This document shows, one piece after another, positions 57,695 through 64,000 of a stretch of 64,000 nt of DNA. The notes under the pieces are model-generated. The model saw only the letters and a list, made by a program, of their open reading frames with translations. It had not been told where the DNA came from and ran no database searches. Source of the DNA: an uncultured Erysipelotrichaceae bacterium (GTDB taxonomy: Bacteria; Bacillota_I; Bacilli_A; Erysipelotrichales; Erysipelotrichaceae); assembly GCA_902778375.1 (NCBI GenBank), contig CACYXJ010000002.1, forward strand, positions 14,231-78,230, in the 5' to 3' direction. Both the position numbers and the translations under genes were made by a program. Each line of letters starts with the position of its first letter. Position 1 is the first letter of the stretch.

Positions 57695-58467
57695 TGTTTA
57701 AAGAACTATATCAGTACAGGGAACTGCTGAAGACAAGCATAAAGAAAGAGATACGGGGAAAGTACAAGGCGTCTGCGCTGGGTGTCCTCTGGTCATTTAT
57801 CAACCCGCTGCTGCAGACTCTGGTCTATGCTCTGGTATTCCCGCATATTCTGGGCAACCGGGTAGATAACTATATCGTTTATCTTGTCTGCGGTATTATT
57901 CCCTGGACATATTTCCATACAGTGCTGAATCAGTGCACCGGATGTATCCGCAATAACTACGGCATTATCAAAAAGGTATATTTCCCACGAGTGATCCTGC
58001 CGATATCCGTCATGGCAAGTGCGCTGGTCAATTTCATGATTTCATGTGTGATTATCATTGCATTCTGCCTGTTCTATGGCGTGGGTGTCAGCTGGCATAT
58101 CGTGTTTGTGCCGCTGATCGCAATTCTTGAAGGTCTGTTCGGACTGGGAATCGGCATGGCACTTGGTGCGGCGGATGCCTATTATCAGGATCTGGAATAT
58201 TTGGTAACATTCATTCTTCAGCTGATGTTCTACGGATCGCCGATCGTATATCAGCTTTCGCAGTTTGGTTCTGAGAACATTATTGTCAAGCTGATCGGGC
58301 TGAATCCGATTACCATATTTATCACCAGTTATCGAGACTGTTTCCTGTATCATCAGATGCCGGACCTTACCGCTCTTGGCTATGCCGGCCTGTTTGCTCT
58401 GGCAGTTGTGGTGATCGGCTACTTTGTGTTCAAAAAGCTGGAAAGAGGATTCGCTGAACAATTGTAA
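57694..58467 (+). CDS. Polysaccharide ABC exporter permease (Wzm/TagG-like)
   Basis: 'YKASALGVLWSFINPL', 'KKVYFPR', 'YGSPIVY', 'LNPI'. Confidence 0.9.
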   Translation: MFKELYQYRELLKTSIKKEIRGKYKASALGVLWSFINPLLQTLVYALVFPHILGNRVDNYIVYLVCGIIPWTYFHTVLNQCTGCIRNNYGIIKKVYFPRVILPISVMASALVNFMISCVIIIAFCLFYGVGVSWHIVFVPLIAILEGLFGLGIGMALGAADAYYQDLEYLVTFILQLMFYGSPIVYQLSQFGSENIIVKLIGLNPITIFITSYRDCFLYHQMPDLTALGYAGLFALAVVVIGYFVFKKLERGFAEQL

Positions 58468-58472
58468 GAATT

Positions 58473-60884
58473 ATGGATATTAAATACAGTATCGAAAAGT
58501 TCTGCATCAACCGTTTTGATGAAGAGATCTATATTTCAGTTGACGGCTATGCTGTAGATTCAGATAGCTGTTTTCCTGATATTGAATTTCATGTCAACGG
58601 TGAATCTGAAGAGTATCTGCTGAGCAGAAGGGAACGCCCTGATATTGTTGCAAAATATCGTCTGAAACCATCCGCATTAATGTGCGGATTTCATATTGTT
58701 GCAAAGCCTGCCGTCAAGGAACTGCATCAGATTGCCGTGGACTTTTTCAGCGGCGGTACCGGAAAAAAGTGGTCTGCAAATCAGGAGCAGATCGAAAAGA
58801 CGGTCGTCGATACACCGCTGCTGTATTATGTGGAACATGTGACCTATGAAGACATCGACAGCACCATCACTCTGACCGGCTGGGCAGTATCCCTGGATCA
58901 TTTGCCGGTATCGTTAAGAATACTGGATGCGGCTGGAAATAAGGTAGACGATGAACACCGCTTCTTTTACCGCAGAGACATGAGCGATCTGTACTATTCA
59001 GGCAATACGAAAGAACAATACGGATTCAGCATCAGTTTTAAAGGAGAGCGTCATAACCGCTATATTCTTGAACTGAGCACTGATAAAGCAACTGAGTCCT
59101 TCGAGGTGTTTTCCCAGGGTGTTGAAGAGGAAAATCAGGGACTGCTCAAAAGAGTCCTTGGCTTTGTCAATGCCGGCAATTTCGCGAAGGTTGGCAATTA
59201 TTTCAAAACCTACGGAGTCGGGCAGACGCTGAAGGCGGTAGTCCGCAAGATCAAAGGCAGGAATTACTATCACGAGTGGTTTAAGAAACACAGTGTCACA
59301 AAGGCGGCTTTACAGCAGCAGAGGGAAACTGTCTTTTCCTATGCGCCGAAAATCAGTCTGCTGGTTCCGGTTTTCAATACGCCGGAGCAGTATTTCCGGG
59401 AAATGGTGGAATCGGTACAGAATCAGTCATATTCCAACTGGGAACTTTGCCTTGCGGACGGCAGCCAGGAAGGACATCCCGTCAAGCAGTTGATCAGGGA
59501 ATATGCCGCATCGGACAGCCGTATCAGATACACATTCCTGGATCAGAATTACGGCATTTCCGGAAACACCAATAAGGCCCTTGAACTTGCTTCAGGGGAT
59601 TATATCGGCCTGTTCGATCATGATGATCTCCTGGAAGCTGATATTCTGTTCGAGATTGTAAAGTCACTGCAGGAAGTCCGGCATGATGCAATTTATACGG
59701 ATGAAGACAAATTTAACAGCCGTACAAAACAGTATGAAATTCCGAATTTCAAACCGGATTTCGATATCACGCTGCTGAGATCGGAAAACTATATTACGCA
59801 TTTCTTTACGGTCAAAGCAGAAATTCTTAAAGGCGTGGGCGGATTCCATTCGGAATATGACGGTTCACAGGATCTGGATGTCATTCTGCGGTGTGTGGAA
59901 AACGCACAGAGTGTACATCATATTCCAAAGCCGTTATATCACTGGCGAATGCATGCGGCTTCGACTGCGGAAGATCCCGCCAGCAAGCTGTATTGTTATC
60001 AGGCCGGTGAAAGAGCGGTGACAGACCATATGCAGAGAACAGGTCTGAAGGGATCTGCGAAATTCATGGAAGAACCGCTCTGGGGAACATATCAGGTTAC
60101 CTATAATATTGATGAAGCACCATTTTTGTCGGTGGTTCTTCTGAATGGTGATGATCAGCAGGCCTTTGAAGAGATGCTGGACAGTCTGCAGAATATCAAT
60201 GATCTGCCTGGTTACGAGATTCTTCTTTGCCAGGCGGAAACAACGGAATTCACACCGGCAGAAGAACATATCAGGATATTCCGCTATCATCAGAAGATGA
60301 AGGGGAAAGATCTGAACCGGATCATGCTGCAGACAAGAGGAGAGTACGTTCTTTTCCTTGATAATGTAACCTGCAGGGATGCTGATGCAATACGCAGAAT
60401 GCTGGGCTTCTGTATGCAGAAAGAAACTGCGGCAGTAGGCGGCAAGGTGCTTTCGGAAACCGGAGAGGTCAGAAGTTCGTTCCGGGTTATCGGTCTGGAT
60501 GATTTCAGTGCTGATGTTTTTGTCGGACTGGCCGGAAATGCAGCCGGACATCTGAACCGTTCCGTTGTTGCCTGCGAGTGTTCGGCTATCGGTCATACCT
60601 GCATCATGATGAAAAAGGAATGCATCAAAAAGAGCGATGGATTCCCTGAGGAGCTGAGTCTGGATGAAGCCATCATCGATATGTGTCTGCAGTTCAGAGA
60701 AAAGAATGAAAAAATCGTTTATCTGCCGTATTCGGTCTGGATCCGGCATAGCAGCAGAAACGAACAGGAAGATAAGGAAAGTATTGGTACCCTGAAAAAC
60801 AGATGGGCAGAAATCCTGCGGGAGGGAGACCCGTATTATAACGTAAATTTCGATTCCAAAGCAGGACCGTTTGTCTTCCGGTAA
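58473..60884 (+). CDS. GT2 with two N-terminal beta-sandwich repeats; second GT-A domain degenerate
   Basis: First domain 'FDHDD', 'GSQDLD', 'LYHWR'; second lacks the LNND-type DxD and HYES motifs. Confidence 0.8.
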   Translation: MDIKYSIEKFCINRFDEEIYISVDGYAVDSDSCFPDIEFHVNGESEEYLLSRRERPDIVAKYRLKPSALMCGFHIVAKPAVKELHQIAVDFFSGGTGKKWSANQEQIEKTVVDTPLLYYVEHVTYEDIDSTITLTGWAVSLDHLPVSLRILDAAGNKVDDEHRFFYRRDMSDLYYSGNTKEQYGFSISFKGERHNRYILELSTDKATESFEVFSQGVEEENQGLLKRVLGFVNAGNFAKVGNYFKTYGVGQTLKAVVRKIKGRNYYHEWFKKHSVTKAALQQQRETVFSYAPKISLLVPVFNTPEQYFREMVESVQNQSYSNWELCLADGSQEGHPVKQLIREYAASDSRIRYTFLDQNYGISGNTNKALELASGDYIGLFDHDDLLEADILFEIVKSLQEVRHDAIYTDEDKFNSRTKQYEIPNFKPDFDITLLRSENYITHFFTVKAEILKGVGGFHSEYDGSQDLDVILRCVENAQSVHHIPKPLYHWRMHAASTAEDPASKLYCYQAGERAVTDHMQRTGLKGSAKFMEEPLWGTYQVTYNIDEAPFLSVVLLNGDDQQAFEEMLDSLQNINDLPGYEILLCQAETTEFTPAEEHIRIFRYHQKMKGKDLNRIMLQTRGEYVLFLDNVTCRDADAIRRMLGFCMQKETAAVGGKVLSETGEVRSSFRVIGLDDFSADVFVGLAGNAAGHLNRSVVACECSAIGHTCIMMKKECIKKSDGFPEELSLDEAIIDMCLQFREKNEKIVYLPYSVWIRHSSRNEQEDKESIGTLKNRWAEILREGDPYYNVNFDSKAGPFVFR

Positions 60885-60896
60885 TGAGGTAATTCA

Positions 60897-62660
60897 ATGA
60901 CAGGAAGTATTCAGCGCCGCAATCTGATTGCTCTGCTCATTGTCAATGCCATCCTGGCAGTGATTTTCAGCAGAGGAGAAGCTTGGAACTTCAATGACGG
61001 TGTCGCCAGAGAAGTTCTGTTTTTGGCGTTTGACTGTTTCCTGGTGATTCTTCTGCCGCTGTTCTTTGTCTTTAACAGAAAAGCCATGGTATTGCTGAAT
61101 ACAGCTGTGGACAGAATTTGGGAAGCACTGCAGAAATTATGGGAACAGCGGCAGCTGATCTTGAAGAATGCTGTTGTATGTGTACTTGGAATACCGGTTT
61201 CACTGGCAGTATCATATGGCATTTCAGCAGCAATGCAGATAGAGAACAATATGATTCTGCAATGGTCGGCAGCAGCAGTCGTATATCTTGCCATAGCAGT
61301 ATATCTCTTGCGAAATATGCTCGGAAAAAGACCGGAACTGGTTTTCTTTGCGGTAACGATGATTCTTGGCATTTATATGATCGAAGTCAGGCCATGCGAA
61401 GTCGGCTATTCCTGGGATGATCAGGATCACTTTGAACGCTCAGTTTCACTGGCAACGCTGAACGGTCCATATTATGAAGCGGACGAAGCAGTTTATCTCA
61501 ATGCCTGGGAACCGGCAGGCAAAGCTTCTGAAGCAGAGCGTATAGCGCGTATGGAATTTCTGAATACATCATATGAAAACAGGATCGTGAAGGATGGCCT
61601 CAATCACGGCAACCTGCGCCATATCAGCATCGAGAGCTATTTCCCGTATGCATTCGGCATCGTATTTGGAAGGGGCCTGGGATTCAGCTATGTTTCCTCC
61701 CTGCGATGCGGTCTGTTTTTCAATCTGTTATTCTATGCCGCTGTGATGGCATGGGCAATGTCGAAGCTCAGGTTCGGCAGGATCCTGATTGCTGTAATTG
61801 CCCTGTTTCCGACAAATATGTACATGGTGACTTCCTTTTCCTATGACCCGTGGATCACGGCATGGATCACACTGGCTTTTGCATATTTCTTCTCTTATTT
61901 ACAGGAGCCGGGAAAAATACTGACAGGAAAAGATACAACGATTATTCTCTGTGCGTTTATTCTGGGCTGTCTGCCGAAGGCAATTTACTTTGTTCTGATG
62001 TTCCCGCTTCTGTTTATGCCCAGGGATCATTTTGCCGGAGAGAAACAGCACAGGAAATATCTGACAGTTGTATTTGTGACAGCTTTCTGCCTTGCCGGAA
62101 CGTTCCTGCTGCCGATGCTTGTCAAAGGAGCCGGCAGCGGAGATTCCAGAGGCGGCAGCGAAGTCGATGCGACCCAGCAGATCAAATACATTCTTTCCCA
62201 GCCGCTGGATTACGCGAAAACCCTGCTGAACTTCATGGCATCAGAATTTCTGAATATTACGCACGCTGATCAGTACATGGTCAATTACGCATATATGGGC
62301 ATGGCACATGAAATGTTCCTGCCGATATCAGCTGTGCTTCTGTTCGTGATGTTCACCAATCATAACGGCAAAACAGGGAAGACAAAACCGGTCATTGCCG
62401 CTTCGATGTTTGCACTCTTCTGCATGGCGGCACTGATAGCGACAGCAATGTATATTTCCTATACGCCGGTCGGTCTGAACACGGTGAACGGATGTCAGCC
62501 CCGTTATCTGATTCCGATGGTTTTCCCGGCATTGTATATTCACAGTTTCGACCGGTTTGAAAACAGAATGAATTCGTCGTTCTACAATCTTCTGCCGATG
62601 CTGATTATGGCAATGACGATTATCATTTCCCTGGGAAGTAGGCTTTATGCGATGTATTGA
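60897..62660 (+). CDS. DUF2142-family polytopic membrane protein (putative GT-C)
   Basis: 'WDDQDHF', 'SFSYDPW', 'KAIYF', 'GCQPRYLIP'; many TMs. Confidence 0.72.
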   Translation: MTGSIQRRNLIALLIVNAILAVIFSRGEAWNFNDGVAREVLFLAFDCFLVILLPLFFVFNRKAMVLLNTAVDRIWEALQKLWEQRQLILKNAVVCVLGIPVSLAVSYGISAAMQIENNMILQWSAAAVVYLAIAVYLLRNMLGKRPELVFFAVTMILGIYMIEVRPCEVGYSWDDQDHFERSVSLATLNGPYYEADEAVYLNAWEPAGKASEAERIARMEFLNTSYENRIVKDGLNHGNLRHISIESYFPYAFGIVFGRGLGFSYVSSLRCGLFFNLLFYAAVMAWAMSKLRFGRILIAVIALFPTNMYMVTSFSYDPWITAWITLAFAYFFSYLQEPGKILTGKDTTIILCAFILGCLPKAIYFVLMFPLLFMPRDHFAGEKQHRKYLTVVFVTAFCLAGTFLLPMLVKGAGSGDSRGGSEVDATQQIKYILSQPLDYAKTLLNFMASEFLNITHADQYMVNYAYMGMAHEMFLPISAVLLFVMFTNHNGKTGKTKPVIAASMFALFCMAALIATAMYISYTPVGLNTVNGCQPRYLIPMVFPALYIHSFDRFENRMNSSFYNLLPMLIMAMTIIISLGSRLYAMY

Positions 62661-62671
62661 TGAGGTATGTA

Positions 62672-64000
62672 ATGGAACAGCAGTCTTATAGAAGAAATGT
62701 TCTGGTCTGTCTGATCACTAATGTGATCCTGGCTTTTCTGCTGATCAGGGCAGAACATTGGAATTTCAATGACGGATATTTTCATGAAGTGGTTTACGGA
62801 GCTGTGATTGCGACTCTGGTTTTTGTCATTCCTCTCCTGTATCCCCGCTTCACATTCCTGCAGAACCTGTATCAGAAAGCAGAAAACCTGGGAACAGCTG
62901 CAGGGACATATCTGAAGGAGAATTACAGACAGATCCTGATCAATATGGCTGTTTATGCCGGTGCTGCCCTGATTGGTCTGGCAGCAGCGCTGATCATCAA
63001 CAAAAACGAAATCATCACACTCGGAATCATTTCCGGATGTCTGGCAGTCGCATCGGTCTGGGTCTGCAGATCTTCCCTGGGAGACCATCCGGAGAAACTG
63101 TTTGCGGCACTGGCTTTGATTTCCGGCATGTTTTTCATTCAGGCGGCTCCGACACAGGTCGGCATCTGCTGGGACGACAACTTCCATTATGACGGAACGA
63201 TCGCTCTGCTGACTGTCAACGGGGCATGTTACAAGTCAGATGCCGAAATCATCGATAACGTTGGTGATGTTGCTTTGGATAAGGAAGGCTATACACAGGC
63301 GGAAAGACAGACCTGGGACAGCGAACTGAATTCCCTGTATACAGAAGAACAGATGATGCCTTATAATCACCGCAACTTCGGCACAAACACCATTGCCTAT
63401 ATTCCGTATTCTCTGGGATTGTATTTCGGCCGCGGACTCGGACTTCCGTATACAGTTGTATTCAGGATGGAAAAACTGTTCAATCTGCTGTTTTATATCG
63501 GTATTTTCTGTCTGGCAATCCGCAAACTTAAATTTGGCAAGATCCTTGTGGCATGTATCGGACTGGTGCCTACCAATCTGTTCATGGCAACGAGTTTCTC
63601 TTATGACCCATGGATCATCAGTCTTTCGGTTCTTGGCTATGCCTATTTCTTCGCGGCACTGCAGGAGCGGGATAAAAAGCTGACCAACAGCGAGATTGCA
63701 ATTATGCTTGTGGCATTTGCCCTGGCCTGCATTCCCAAAGCCCTGTATGTGGTATTGATGCTTCCGCTGCTGTTCATGCCGAAGGATAAATTTGCTTCAC
63801 CAAAGCAGAGAAAAGGATATCTGATCGGCGGTTTTGCAATTGCAATCCTTCTGTCTGCATCGGTATTGCTGCCGATGTTTATCCACGGAGCAGGCGAAGG
63901 CGATACAAGAGGCGGCAGCAATGTCAATTCTGCCGAACAGCTCCGGTTTATCGCTTCCGAACCAGCAGCTTTTCTGAAAATCATTTCTTCCTTTATTCTC
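62672..64000 (+). CDS. Second DUF2142-family protein, 3' truncated by the window edge
   Basis: Not in the ORF track (no stop). Hand translation from ATG 62672 gives MEQQSYRRNVL...WNFNDG...WDDNFHY...SFSYDPW...GDTRGGS, paralogous to 60897-62660. Confidence 0.75.
   Translation, partial: MEQQSYRRNVLVCLITNVILAFLLIRAEHWNFNDGYFHEVVYGAVIATLVFVIPLLYPRFTFLQNLYQKAENLGTAAGTYLKENYRQILINMAVYAGAALIGLAAALIINKNEIITLGIISGCLAVASVWVCRSSLGDHPEKLFAALALISGMFFIQAAPTQVGICWDDNFHYDGTIALLTVNGACYKSDAEIIDNVGDVALDKEGYTQAERQTWDSELNSLYTEEQMMPYNHRNFGTNTIAYIPYSLGLYFGRGLGLPYTVVFRMEKLFNLLFYIGIFCLAIRKLKFGKILVACIGLVPTNLFMATSFSYDPWIISLSVLGYAYFFAALQERDKKLTNSEIAIMLVAFALACIPKALYVVLMLPLLFMPKDKFASPKQRKGYLIGGFAIAILLSASVLLPMFIHGAGEGDTRGGSNVNSAEQLRFIASEPAAFLKIISSFIL

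Noticed and set aside
1-64000. CRISPR arrays, tRNA/rRNA, transposases, integrases
   Set aside because: None recognised by eye; the defence island shows no evident att sites or mobility genes.

Overview
Chromosomal window from a Firmicute; protein style suggests an Erysipelotrichaceae-like gut/rumen anaerobe (inference). No rRNA, tRNA, CRISPR array or IS element was recognised. Three zones. (1) ~1-18.2 kb, housekeeping and cell-envelope genes: TelA, L,D-transpeptidase, GH25, YigZ, M16C peptidase, Fur/PerR-rubrerythrin, DUF885, alanine symporter, NAD kinase, a PTS EIICB lacking its catalytic Cys, ChbG, GH1. (2) ~18.2-26.2 kb, a small defence island: orphan HicB with a clear promoter and operator, a Shango-type trio (TerB-N/C, DUF2791 ATPase, Lhr-like helicase), a G12 tract, then PrsW, LURP-one and SMI1/KNR4. 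(3) ~26.2-64 kb, a large cell-wall polysaccharide locus (rmlC/D, GTs, Wzx plus Wzm/Wzt, LicD, DUF2142 x2). Zone 3 embeds the best candidate for an undescribed system, a phospho-head-group import/activation/transfer module. It has an ABC importer whose permease is fused to a winged-helix and a LicC-type cytidylyltransferase, two more LicC paralogues (no LicA/LicB in the window), and a YidC insertase fused to a TagF-like phosphotransferase. It also has three LtaS/EptA-like membrane enzymes that share a near-invariant N-terminal 'AxA|YIDPSVMTYAIQAxAGIAIALGTFF' module. All functional assignments come from motif recognition by eye; no searches were run.
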